A stretch of 53,442 bases of DNA, taken from assembly GCA_001871165.1 (NCBI GenBank), contig MNUT01000017.1, positions 1 through 53,442 on the forward strand. The letters run 5' to 3'. The notes under the pieces were generated by a model that saw only the letters and a list, made by a program, of their open reading frames with translations, did no database searches and was not told where the DNA came from. A program made the translations under genes and the position numbers. Each line of letters starts with the position of its first letter. Positions within the stretch are counted from its first letter, which is position 1. This document shows, piece by piece, positions 37,853-47,144 of this stretch. The DNA comes from Candidatus Falkowbacteria bacterium CG1_02_37_21 (GTDB lineage: Bacteria; Patescibacteriota; Patescibacteriia; Patescibacteriales; UBA12465).

Positions 37853-39595
37853 ATGCCTACTTTATATCGTGATTATCGTCCTCAAACTTTTGCTGAAGTG
37901 TTGGGACAAAACCATGTTAAAATAACTTTACAAAATGAGATATCTGCTGGTCGCCCGGCTTCGTCTTATCTCTTTTGTGGTCCGCGCGCGGTAGGAAAAA
38001 CTACTTTGGCGCGAGTTTTATCTAAGTCATTAAATTGCGAAAAACGAAAAAAGGGAGACATAGAACCTTGTAATAATTGTCCGAGTTGTCGTAGTATAAC
38101 CAGTGGACAAAATTTAGACGTGGTGGAAATTGATGCGGCCTCCAATACTGGTGTTGATAATGTTAGGGAAAATATTATTTCCTTCGCTCGTTTAGCCCCG
38201 GCCGGAGAAAAATTTAAGGTTTTTATTATTGATGAAGTGCATATGCTGTCTACTTCTGCCTTTAATGCTTTATTAAAAACTATTGAGGAACCACCAGCTT
38301 ACGTAATCTTCATCCTGTGTACGACGGAGATTCAAAAAGTTCCCACTACTATTATTTCACGTTGTGAACGTTTTGATTTTAAGCGTATCAGCTCTAAAGA
38401 AATAGTAAAAAAATTATCCATCATTGCTACGGCGGAAAAAATTAAAATAGCCCCCTCGGTTCTGACTGATATTGCTCGTTTATCGGGTGGACATTTGCGT
38501 GACGCGGAAAGTTTACTGGGCCAAGTTTTTTCTTTAGGCGATAAAGAAGTAACTAGTGAACAGGCGGAATTAGTTATTCCTCATTATAATAGTTTGGAGG
38601 CAGTTAGTCTTTTAGATTATTTAAATAAGCATGATGCGGCTAAGGCTTTATCTTTAATAAATACTTTGGTTGATAGCGGGGTTAACGTGAAAGTATTTAT
38701 TAATGAAATAATTGCTTTGCTTCGTAAAGTTATGTTGGGAAAAGTAAATCCGGAGTTAGAAACAACCTTAGGCTTAGGACTGGATGATGAGCTAGAAAAA
38801 CGTTTGGGACAAGTCGCGGTTGATTTAGATTGGTTAGATATTTTTTTGTTCACTCGTCGTTTCTTAGAAGCCGCTAGTGATAATAAAAGCCCCTTGATAC
38901 CGCAACTGCCCTTAGAATTAGCGGTAGCAGAGCTTTGTTTAGGCTCTAAGACCACTATCGTCACTAGTTCTTCTCCTAAGCAATTGCCACCGACCCCAAC
39001 CACAAAAAGTAATAATATTTTTAGTCGAACTGATGCGTCTAAGTTAAGTCAGCCAATAAATAAAGAAAATAAGAATAAGTCTGAGATTATATCTGCGGCC
39101 ACTAAAAAAGAAAAAATTTTTCCGTCCGGAGAATCTTTTAACTTGAGTTTATCGGAAGTAATGGAAAAATGGCCGGAGTTCTTGATAAAAATTAGAAAAA
39201 ATAATCATTCTTTATCTTTTGTATTACAAAGTTGTCAGCCTTGTGCCATAGCTAACGGGGAATTGAGTTTAACTTTTAAATATAAATTTCATTTAGACAG
39301 AGTTAACGATCCTAACATAAAGATTTTAGTGGTTCAGGCCGCAGCGGAAGTTTTTGGTTTAGCTTTAAAAATTAATGCTATTTTAGACGAGAATTTAGAA
39401 ATTAATAAAGAGGAGAAGAGAAAAAAATTAACAGATAGTGTTGATAATGATATAAATGTAGCAGAGGTTTCCGCTGCGATTAAAGATGAAGATAGACAAA
39501 GCCCTGCTGCGGTTCAGGCAGAGTTAATCACGAAAAAAAGCGGTGGATCCTTGGGTAATATTTTAAAAACTTTTGGTGGTGAAATTATTAATTAA
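37853..39595 (+). CDS. dnaX: DNA polymerase III subunit gamma/tau
   Basis: LYRDYRPQTF, GPRAVGKTT, EIDAASN, IIDEVHML, NALLKTIEEP, SRC. Confidence 0.96.
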   Translation: MPTLYRDYRPQTFAEVLGQNHVKITLQNEISAGRPASSYLFCGPRAVGKTTLARVLSKSLNCEKRKKGDIEPCNNCPSCRSITSGQNLDVVEIDAASNTGVDNVRENIISFARLAPAGEKFKVFIIDEVHMLSTSAFNALLKTIEEPPAYVIFILCTTEIQKVPTTIISRCERFDFKRISSKEIVKKLSIIATAEKIKIAPSVLTDIARLSGGHLRDAESLLGQVFSLGDKEVTSEQAELVIPHYNSLEAVSLLDYLNKHDAAKALSLINTLVDSGVNVKVFINEIIALLRKVMLGKVNPELETTLGLGLDDELEKRLGQVAVDLDWLDIFLFTRRFLEAASDNKSPLIPQLPLELAVAELCLGSKTTIVTSSSPKQLPPTPTTKSNNIFSRTDASKLSQPINKENKNKSEIISAATKKEKIFPSGESFNLSLSEVMEKWPEFLIKIRKNNHSLSFVLQSCQPCAIANGELSLTFKYKFHLDRVNDPNIKILVVQAAAEVFGLALKINAILDENLEINKEEKRKKLTDSVDNDINVAEVSAAIKDEDRQSPAAVQAELITKKSGGSLGNILKTFGGEIIN

Positions 39596-39602
39596 TAATT
39601 CT

Positions 39603-40859
39603 ATGTTAGACATTAAACTAATACGTGACAATCTGGCAGAAGTAAAGACTGGCCTCTTGAAAAGAATGGCGGCGGATAAATTAGATTTAGAAAGTATTAT
39701 TCGTTTGGACGACGAACGACGTGTTTTAATTGGTCAAGTAGAGGCGTCCCAAAATAAACGTAATCAAGCCTCTAAAACCAAACCGACACCTGAGGTTATA
39801 TTGGCTATGAAAACATTGGGGACCGAGCTTAAAGATTTACAAAATAAATTAGCCGAGGTTGAAACGGACTTAAATACCCGCTTATCCGAGTTACCTAATA
39901 TACCGGCCGTGGATGTGGTCGCTGGCGGCAAAGAAAATAATGAAGTCATATTTACTTATGGCAAAAAACCTAAATTTGATTTTGCTCCTAAAAATCACGT
40001 AGATTTAGCGACGTCTTTAGATATTATTGACTACGAACGAGGGGTAAAAATCGCTGGTAACGGATTTTGGTGCTACAAAGGAGTAGGAGCTCTTTTAGAA
40101 TGGGCTTTACTATCATATTTTATTGAATATCACACAAAAAATGGCTATCAGTTTTTAATTCCACCCTTCATGTTGACGGAAAAATGTGCTTATATCTCCG
40201 GTCATTTGCCTAAATTTCGAGATGATTTATTTTGGACACAAGATGGTTTGTGTCTAAATGCTACTAGCGAAATGATGTTAGGTAATTATCATCGCGAAGA
40301 AATTTTGGCAGCGGAAGATTTGCCTTTAAAATATTTTGCTTATTCGCCTTGTTTCCGTCGTGAAGCTGGCAGCTATCGTCAAGAAGAACGGGGTATGATT
40401 CGTGGTCATCAATTTAACAAAGTTGAAATGTTTATTTTTTCGCCCGCAGAAAAATCTTGGGAAATGTTTGCCGAGTTAGTATCCCACTCTAAAAAATTAA
40501 TGGAGGGTTTAGATTTACATTTTCAAATATCTAAATTAGCCGCTGAAGATTGTAGTGCCGCCATGGCTAAAACCTATGACGTAGAAGTATTTATTCCTAG
40601 TATGGAAATTTATAAAGAGGTTAGTAGCGCTTCCAATGCTTTAGATTATCAGGCTCGACGCGGACAGACCCGTTATAAAAATCAAGCTAGCGGTAAAATG
40701 GAATTTGTTCATACTTTAAATGCTTCCGGCTTGGCCACCAGTCGTATTTTACCGGCAATTTTAGAACAAAATCAACAAAAAGACGGTTCTGTTAAAATTC
40801 CTAAAGTTTTACTAAAATATTTGCCGCGAGGCTTGAAGCTTATTAAAGCGCTCAGTTAG
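39603..40859 (+). CDS. serS: Serine--tRNA ligase
   Basis: MLDIK, coiled-coil arm, ATSE, FRREAG, RGHQFNKVE, HTLNASGLA. Confidence 0.96.
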   Translation: MLDIKLIRDNLAEVKTGLLKRMAADKLDLESIIRLDDERRVLIGQVEASQNKRNQASKTKPTPEVILAMKTLGTELKDLQNKLAEVETDLNTRLSELPNIPAVDVVAGGKENNEVIFTYGKKPKFDFAPKNHVDLATSLDIIDYERGVKIAGNGFWCYKGVGALLEWALLSYFIEYHTKNGYQFLIPPFMLTEKCAYISGHLPKFRDDLFWTQDGLCLNATSEMMLGNYHREEILAAEDLPLKYFAYSPCFRREAGSYRQEERGMIRGHQFNKVEMFIFSPAEKSWEMFAELVSHSKKLMEGLDLHFQISKLAAEDCSAAMAKTYDVEVFIPSMEIYKEVSSASNALDYQARRGQTRYKNQASGKMEFVHTLNASGLATSRILPAILEQNQQKDGSVKIPKVLLKYLPRGLKLIKALS

Positions 40860-40881
40860 TTATTAATATTTGTAGTAAAAC

Positions 40882-42888
40882 ATGAAAAAATTACTCTTAC
40901 TAATTTTAATTCTAATTTTCTTTTTTCCTAATCTGGTTCAGGCGCTAGAGTTGAATGATACTTATCCGCGTCTAGCTAATTATTTTCTAAAAACGGAAAT
41001 TAGTGACCAAGAAGCAACCGATTTAGCAAAATGGGATTTATTAATTTTAAACATGGAAACGCAAGAAAGCAGTCCTGAGCAGATTTTAAAGATTCGTTCT
41101 CTTAATTCTAAAATAATAATGGTCGCTTATATAGGTTCTCAAGAGATTGTTTCTAATCCGGCTTTTATTGGAGGCTTACGTGCTCTTTTAGGGGCCAGCC
41201 TAAACGATTCTTGGTGGCTGAGAGATGAACAAGGAAATAAAATTTCTAATTGGCCAGGAACTTATATGTTAAATATTTCTGATCAGACTGGTATTAATAA
41301 TAATGGTCAACACTGGAATGATTATTTAGTGGATTTTGTGGTTAATGAAATTAAAAGTAGTAATTTATGGGACGGAGTATTTTATGACAATGTTTGGGGG
41401 GACATTAGTTGGCTTAATGGAGGAAATATTGATATTAATAATGATGGACAACGCGACAACGCTTCATTCATGAATGATGCCTGGTCGAAAGGTATGAAAA
41501 AAATATTTGATAAGACAAGAGAAAAAGTTGGCCCAAATTTTATTGTCCTAGCTAATGGTCAGGCCTATGCTGACTTTTTTTCACATTTTAATGGTTTAAT
41601 GTTAGAAAGATTTCCCGCGCCTTGGGATAATGGCGGTACCTGGAAAGGCTCTATTAAAGTTTACTCTAGTTTATCGTCTTTACATTTGGCTCCATCTTTA
41701 CCAATTTTGAATGTGACTGATAAAGATCAAACTAACTATCGTCATTTTCGTTTTGGCCTCACCAGTGCCTTACTAGGTGATGGTTTTTATAGTTTTGATT
41801 ATGATATAACTGATCACGGGCAAACTTGGTGGTATGATGAATATAATTGGCAATTAGGTAATGCTAAGTCTAGTCCTTATAATCTATTAGCCCCCACAAC
41901 AGCCGCCGCCGATAATATCAGGATTGAGCCGGGTTTATGGCGTCGTGACTTTGCTAATGGCTTAGCTATAATTAATTCCACCGACAGTAAGCAAACTTAT
42001 ATATTTTCTCAAGAAGACGTGGAAAAAATTAAAGGCACTCAAGATATAACGGTCAACAATGGACAAAAAATAAATTATATCCAATTGCAGCCGCAAGATG
42101 GGGTAATTTTATTAAAAACTAATACCACGATAGAAAACAGTGCCTTCACTAACGGTTATTTTTTTCGTTATTTTAATGGTCAGGGCGAACAAATTCGTAA
42201 CGGATTTTTTCCTTTTATTAAATCTTTATCCGGTGAATCAGAAGTAATTGTAGCTAATCCCGGCAACAAAATTTTAAACGCCGACAGTGGTCAACTAAGC
42301 TTAAGTCAGAATGGAACTAAAATTTGGACAGCCTGGCCTTTTACTAAAAATTATAAAAAGAAATTGAGTTTGGCGGCGAAAGTTGACGGAGGAAATTTCC
42401 CCATCATTATTACCGGCGCTGGTCCGGGTGGCGGTCCACAAGTGCAAATTTTTAATAATCAAGGAAAATTAGTCGGCAGCTTTTTCGCTTATGATAAAAA
42501 CTTACGTTGCGGTGTTAATGTCGCCCTAGCTGATTTAGATGGTGACGGACAAATGGAAATAATTACTGGTCCGGGGCCCGGTACAGAACCTCAAGTTAAA
42601 GTTTTTTCTCTAAATGGTCAGCTAAAAAGTAGTTTTTTAGCTTATGACGTTAAAATGCGGGGTGGCATTAACGTTACGGCCGGTGATTTAAGTGGTGATG
42701 GTATTTCCGAAATTATTACTGCTCCGGCTAGCGCGGGTGGTCCTCAAGTTAGAATTTTTTCTGAGAGTGGTCGTGTTTTAGGAGGATTTTTTGCTTATGA
42801 TAAAAATTATCATGGTGGCTTAAAAGTAACAGTAGCTGACGATTCCGGTCAAGCTGCTATTTTAGTCGGTTTGAAGAATTTTTATTAA
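40882..42888 (+). CDS. Secreted putative glycoside hydrolase (TIM barrel) with C-terminal FG-GAP-like repeats
   Basis: Signal peptide; WDGVFYDN and GLMLE acidic motifs; repeats GPGGGPQVQIF / DLDGDG-x2-EIITG. Confidence 0.7.
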   Translation: MKKLLLLILILIFFFPNLVQALELNDTYPRLANYFLKTEISDQEATDLAKWDLLILNMETQESSPEQILKIRSLNSKIIMVAYIGSQEIVSNPAFIGGLRALLGASLNDSWWLRDEQGNKISNWPGTYMLNISDQTGINNNGQHWNDYLVDFVVNEIKSSNLWDGVFYDNVWGDISWLNGGNIDINNDGQRDNASFMNDAWSKGMKKIFDKTREKVGPNFIVLANGQAYADFFSHFNGLMLERFPAPWDNGGTWKGSIKVYSSLSSLHLAPSLPILNVTDKDQTNYRHFRFGLTSALLGDGFYSFDYDITDHGQTWWYDEYNWQLGNAKSSPYNLLAPTTAAADNIRIEPGLWRRDFANGLAIINSTDSKQTYIFSQEDVEKIKGTQDITVNNGQKINYIQLQPQDGVILLKTNTTIENSAFTNGYFFRYFNGQGEQIRNGFFPFIKSLSGESEVIVANPGNKILNADSGQLSLSQNGTKIWTAWPFTKNYKKKLSLAAKVDGGNFPIIITGAGPGGGPQVQIFNNQGKLVGSFFAYDKNLRCGVNVALADLDGDGQMEIITGPGPGTEPQVKVFSLNGQLKSSFLAYDVKMRGGINVTAGDLSGDGISEIITAPASAGGPQVRIFSESGRVLGGFFAYDKNYHGGLKVTVADDSGQAAILVGLKNFY

Positions 42889-42906
42889 TAAATTAATTAT
42901 TAATAT

Positions 42907-43956
42907 ATGATTAAAATTATTCATCGTTATCTGCGGGGCCGCTGGGAAAGATATTATTTTAAAAGTCATTGGCATTTTATTTTAGATTTTACCTTATTGT
43001 CGCTGATTGTAGTTCTGGTTGCTAGTTTAGTAAGTTTATATTTTTATAAACCAAATTTACCCGGTCTTGGTACCTACTATCCTCATAGCGTTAACTTAAA
43101 TAATCCACCCCTGGATCTACAATTTAAATCTGAAGCAAAATCTTTTCGGACTAATGAAGGGATTGATCTTAAAATAATTTATAACAACAAGGCGACAATT
43201 GCTGTCAAAAATCTTGAAATTGATTTCACTCCGCTTGATGATAATTTTTATGTAGCGAAAGTAGAAACCGAGTCCGAATCTGCAGCCGTTATCCAGGGGC
43301 AAACTTTAATAATAAATCAAATTCCGGCCGGTGCTAGCGGGGAAGTAGATATTAAAATCAGTTTTAACAGTAAAAATAAGGGGTTACGTCAGTTAACCTG
43401 GCGCACTAATAGTTCTTATAGTCTGGCGGGACAAATTTTAACGGCAACTTACAGTCTACCTTTAGTAATAGTAGCCGCTGATCTGCATGTCCAAAGTTAT
43501 GCTTATTACACTAGTCCTCAGGGTGACCAACTAGGTACTGGCCCGATACCGCCAATCGTTGGTTTGCCGACCAATTATTGGATTTTTTGGGAAGCACGTA
43601 GTACGGATGATTTTAGTAATTTAGTTTTAAGCGCTCGTCTACCGCAAGGAGTAGAACTTAGCCAGCGGCAATCACTTTTAGCTGGAGATTTTAATTATAA
43701 TGCTGACGCCAGACAATTAATATGGAAAATACCAGTACTAAAAGGACAAGATGACAATTATCGTTTGGGTTTTGAAGTACAACTTATTCCTACTGTTGCA
43801 CAGACAGATAAAATACTTAATTTAATTAATGATTTTAGATATTCCGCCCAAGATACTGCGACTGAAGAAATTATTACCGGCACTTTAGGGCCTCTAACAA
43901 CTAATTTGAGTGATGACCATTTTAATTCAGGTCGGGGTAAGGTATTAGCTCAATAA
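42907..43956 (+). CDS. Membrane-anchored protein with Ig-like (DUF11-like) beta domains
   Basis: Single TM; IPAGASGEV, GPIPPIVG, ARLPQGV, LIWKI. Confidence 0.6.
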   Translation: MIKIIHRYLRGRWERYYFKSHWHFILDFTLLSLIVVLVASLVSLYFYKPNLPGLGTYYPHSVNLNNPPLDLQFKSEAKSFRTNEGIDLKIIYNNKATIAVKNLEIDFTPLDDNFYVAKVETESESAAVIQGQTLIINQIPAGASGEVDIKISFNSKNKGLRQLTWRTNSSYSLAGQILTATYSLPLVIVAADLHVQSYAYYTSPQGDQLGTGPIPPIVGLPTNYWIFWEARSTDDFSNLVLSARLPQGVELSQRQSLLAGDFNYNADARQLIWKIPVLKGQDDNYRLGFEVQLIPTVAQTDKILNLINDFRYSAQDTATEEIITGTLGPLTTNLSDDHFNSGRGKVLAQ

Positions 43957-43961
43957 TTTTA

Positions 43962-44828
43962 ATGAACATGTTTAAGAACGCTTGTTATAAAAAAATAAAA
44001 AAAGATTACCAGCATAAAAATCTAAAAAATCCTTTTTTTCGAAGACCTAAATCTGATAAACCAAAATATATCACAAAGCTTTATGTGACAGGTGGAATTT
44101 TAGCTTTTATTTTGCTATTTTGGTTTTTATTTTTTTCATTTTTTTGGAACTGGGACAAGGTTACTATTGAAGGTTTAACTTGCTTGCCAGCCGCAGAAAT
44201 AGAAAAAATAGTCTTAGAACAGGGAAGTGAGTCTCGTTGGTTATTTTTTAAGCAGAGTAATATTTTTATTTTTGACGATAAAAGTGTAATAAAAAAAATT
44301 ACTGATAATTATAATTTTGCTGGCTTAGACATAAAAAAAACTTGGCCCCGTACTATTACCGTAAAAATCAGTGAACGCCCTTATTCTTTTATTTGGCAAG
44401 AGGGAAGTGATTTGTTTTATGCTTCGAGTGACGCCTATGCCATTAAAGGACCAACAGTTAGCGACGAAGATCAAAAAAAATACCCTATTTTAGAAAATAA
44501 GACCGGACAAGCTCTTATTGGTAGTAGAGATAAAATTAATCTACAAGATGATTTTTTAGGTTTTTTTCTGGGATTAAATAATGAACTAAACGAACACCCG
44601 GAGCTTGAAGTAGAAAAATTTATAATTGATAGTGAATTTAATACTTTACAAGTTAAATTTTTAAACGGTCCAGTGGTTTATTTTAATACCAGAACAATGT
44701 CTACTGATCAGCTAACCAATTTCCTACTTGTCAAAAACGCCAAAATAAAGGATAATTTTAGTAAGACTAATTATATTGATTTGCGCTACGGCGATAAAAT
44801 ATTCATTAATCCGGAATTTAGTAATTAA
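43962..44828 (+). CDS. ftsQ: FtsQ/DivIB-like cell division protein
   Basis: Basic cytoplasmic N-terminus, TM, POTRA-like IKKTWPRTITVKISER, C-terminal YIDLRY. Confidence 0.8.
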   Translation: MNMFKNACYKKIKKDYQHKNLKNPFFRRPKSDKPKYITKLYVTGGILAFILLFWFLFFSFFWNWDKVTIEGLTCLPAAEIEKIVLEQGSESRWLFFKQSNIFIFDDKSVIKKITDNYNFAGLDIKKTWPRTITVKISERPYSFIWQEGSDLFYASSDAYAIKGPTVSDEDQKKYPILENKTGQALIGSRDKINLQDDFLGFFLGLNNELNEHPELEVEKFIIDSEFNTLQVKFLNGPVVYFNTRTMSTDQLTNFLLVKNAKIKDNFSKTNYIDLRYGDKIFINPEFSN

Positions 44829-44839
44829 AAAGTAAACAT

Positions 44840-44980
44840 ATGGAAGGATTTTTTAAATTTTTATTTTTTTTAGCAATACTAGTTTTTTCTATTACAAGCA
44901 TCGGAATATTTTTATTAATTGTTAAAATATTTTTATTATTCCAACCCCAAGTACACATTATGGGGTTAATTATCAGTTGA
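44840..44980 (+). CDS. Small hydrophobic protein (46 aa), below the ORF-track cutoff
   Basis: Hand translation MEGFFKFLFFLAILVFSITSIGIFLLIVKIFLLFQPQVHIMGLIIS*; begins 11 nt after the ftsQ stop and is followed by a terminator. Confidence 0.6.
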   Translation: MEGFFKFLFFLAILVFSITSIGIFLLIVKIFLLFQPQVHIMGLIIS

Positions 44981-44993
44981 ACTCTTGATTGCT

Positions 44994-45025
44994 AATAAAG
45001 GGGCTTTAATAAGCTTCTTTATTTT
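44994..45025 (+). terminator. Terminator of the long plus-strand operon
   Basis: AATAAAGGGGCTT-TAAT-AAGCTTCTTTATT-TT. Confidence 0.7.
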
Positions 45026-45035
45026 CTCTAGTTAT

Positions 45036-45063
45036 AGGTGTATTAATATACATTATGCGAAGT
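45036..45063. other. dif-like Xer recombination site (11-6-11)
   Basis: Minus strand ACTTCGCATAA-TGTATA-TTAATACACCT versus E. coli dif GGTGCGCATAA-TGTATA-TTATGTTAAAT; 72 bp upstream of the xer gene. Confidence 0.7.
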
Positions 45064-45135
45064 ATCGTTAAGCCCAGCTTCTAAGCTAAATAGCCTATAA
45101 AGCTACTCTCCAACCCTTTATGCTATAATTAAGTT

Positions 45136-46092
45136 ATGGATAAAAATAAAACAATTATAAAATACTTAATTGATTTCTTAGACTACTGTGAAATTGAAAA
45201 AGGTTTGTCATCTAAGACCCAGGAAAACTATACCCGTTTCTTGCGGAAATTTTTTAACTGGCTAAGAGAGACTAAACAAGAGGGCTTAAAACCCGCTTCC
45301 CTGACGCCTGAGACTGTTTGGCAGTATAAAGTGTACTTATCACGTCATATTGACCCTAGAAGCCGTAAAACCCTTAAAAAAACTACCCAAAACTATTATT
45401 TAATCGCTTTACGTTCACTTTTATCCTTTTTTGTGGAAAAAGACATTACTTCCCTGCCGCCCTCAAAAATAAAGTTAGCTAAAGATAAAGGTGATAAGGA
45501 AATTAAGTTTTTAAAACTAGAACAGCTATCGCGACTTTTATCTTCACCTAGTGATAAAACAGTTATTGGGCTAAGAGACAGATCACTACTGGAAACTCTT
45601 TTTTCTACCGGTTTGCGTGTCGCAGAGTTAGCCGCCTTAGACCGCGACCAATTACGTATTAAAGATGAAACTAAAGATTTAGAGATATCAGTAGTCGGAA
45701 AAGGTTCTAAAATTCGTACAGTCTATTTTTCCGGGCGGGCGGTTAAAGCTTTGCGCATCTATTTAAACGAACGCAAGGATATGGACGACGCTTTATTCAT
45801 TAATTATCGCCGTGGTGCCACCAAGAACGGTCTAGAGCGACGTTTAAGCGTTAAAAGCATTGAAGATATTGTAAAAAAGTATGTTCTTATTGCCGGCTTA
45901 CCGGTAATGGCCACGCCTCATACTTTACGTCATTCTTTTGCTACTGACCTACTTAATCAAGGCGTAGATTTAAGAACGGTACAAGAATTCTTGGGCCACA
46001 GCAATATTGCCACTACTCAAATTTATACTCACGTCACCAATAAACAACTTCGTGATATCCATCGTAAAGTACATGAGGGGCGAGAGTTTTAA
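45136..46092 (+). CDS. xer: XerC/XerD-family tyrosine recombinase
   Basis: SAM-like N-terminal domain; TGLRVAEL, GKGSK, HTLRHSFAT, LGH, TTQIYTH (complete R-K-H-R-H-Y set). Confidence 0.93.
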   Translation: MDKNKTIIKYLIDFLDYCEIEKGLSSKTQENYTRFLRKFFNWLRETKQEGLKPASLTPETVWQYKVYLSRHIDPRSRKTLKKTTQNYYLIALRSLLSFFVEKDITSLPPSKIKLAKDKGDKEIKFLKLEQLSRLLSSPSDKTVIGLRDRSLLETLFSTGLRVAELAALDRDQLRIKDETKDLEISVVGKGSKIRTVYFSGRAVKALRIYLNERKDMDDALFINYRRGATKNGLERRLSVKSIEDIVKKYVLIAGLPVMATPHTLRHSFATDLLNQGVDLRTVQEFLGHSNIATTQIYTHVTNKQLRDIHRKVHEGREF

Positions 46093-46125
46093 AAAAGGCG
46101 TCAACTATAAAATTGACGCCCTATT
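46091..46125. terminator. Bidirectional terminator
   Basis: AAAAAAGGCGTCAA-N8-TTGACGCC. Confidence 0.75.
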
Positions 46126-46142
46126 ATTTTTTATTTCCCTGA

Positions 46143-46991
46143 TTACTCTAATAACTTCCACAGATTTACAAAATCCAGATTAACTTCTATAACATCGAGT
46201 CTGGATGTAGTAAACTGAGAATCAAACCTTGCTCTATATTGCAGAGCAAAAGCTTCATAATAACGAGCTTCTTTGGTAAAGGCAACGGCAATTCCGAAGC
46301 CAAATTCCAAATAACTTTTGGCGCTGCCGGCATCATATAAATAACCGACAACCGCTTTAGGTTCAAAACGAGCCTTTGAGCCAACTGGCAATCTTTTAAC
46401 TGCTGACTCAAACTGCAATTTTACGTAAGACTTATTGGTAGCCTTAAAATCTATTTTCTCGGCTATATTCCCATTTTCCACTAGACCAGTTTTTTCAGAC
46501 AAAAAAGTTTGCTGATAGCTAAGAATTATTTTATAACTATTGAACCAGCCGTCACTTTTACTGGTAGCGTTAGCCCCAAAGACACCATAGAATCCTAGAT
46601 CCTTTTGCCAGACATCGGTTTTTGGACCGCCGTAACCATAATCAGAAAAATATTTAAGAGATGGGCTCAACCAATAATACCCGTCATAGTTGTCAGAGAT
46701 TTTTCCCCAAGCGGAATATGTTCCACCTAAAGCTATTTCTTTGGCCGTGTAATGATAACCGTCAAAATTCATGTTCACATTTACCCCCAATAGGAATGGC
46801 CCTATTAAATCATTATCTGATTTAAACATTAGCCCTCCTTGTAGATACTGATAAACACCGTCACCCCCTTCTCCCCTTACATAACCGTTGCCGCCGAAAG
46901 CATTCGGCTCTATATTATTTTCATTTTGCGAAAATATTATTGAAGTTAAAAGAAAGATTAGAGCCGCTACAAAGAAATGAAATTTTTTCAT
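46143..46991 (-). CDS. Secreted hypothetical protein, beta-barrel-like (paralog A)
   Basis: Signal peptide ending FS|Q; amphipathic Gly/aromatic-rich beta strands; Shine-Dalgarno AAGGAG. Confidence 0.7.
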   Translation of the reverse strand: MKKFHFFVAALIFLLTSIIFSQNENNIEPNAFGGNGYVRGEGGDGVYQYLQGGLMFKSDNDLIGPFLLGVNVNMNFDGYHYTAKEIALGGTYSAWGKISDNYDGYYWLSPSLKYFSDYGYGGPKTDVWQKDLGFYGVFGANATSKSDGWFNSYKIILSYQQTFLSEKTGLVENGNIAEKIDFKATNKSYVKLQFESAVKRLPVGSKARFEPKAVVGYLYDAGSAKSYLEFGFGIAVAFTKEARYYEAFALQYRARFDSQFTTSRLDVIEVNLDFVNLWKLLE

Positions 46992-47045
46992 TTTTATCTC
47001 CTTTTTTATTGTTAAAATACAAATTATTATTTATAATAACCTTAA

Positions 47046-47074
47046 ATTATACTACATAAGTTTAAATCTGTCAA
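47046..47074 (-). promoter_or_regulatory. Perfect consensus sigma70 promoter of paralog A
   Basis: Minus strand TTGACA-17-TATAAT. Confidence 0.8.
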
Positions 47075-47087
47075 TATTTGCTCAAAC

Positions 47088-47112
47088 AAAAAAATGGCTA
47101 ATATTGGCCATC
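47088..47112 (-). terminator. Terminator after the M23 peptidase gene
   Basis: Minus strand ATGGCCAA-TAT-TAGCCAT-TTTTTT. Confidence 0.6.
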
Positions 47113-47144
47113 ATTTTTATAATGTATATAATTGTAATATATAA

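Noticed and set aside
39101..39135. AAAAAAG in dnaX near where the E. coli -1 frameshift (gamma subunit) occurs
   Set aside because: The phase is AAA AAA G, not A AAA AAG; the downstream hairpin is weak and there is no internal SD.
45033..45066. Resemblance of the dif-like site to loxP (vector contamination)
   Set aside because: Only one arm is similar, there is no 13-bp inverted repeat or vector context, and dif explains it better.
45136..46092. Tyrosine recombinase as a prophage, ICE or integron integrase
   Set aside because: XerC/D-like size and motifs, no integron-specific insertion, and no att-flanked cargo, attC array or phage genes nearby.
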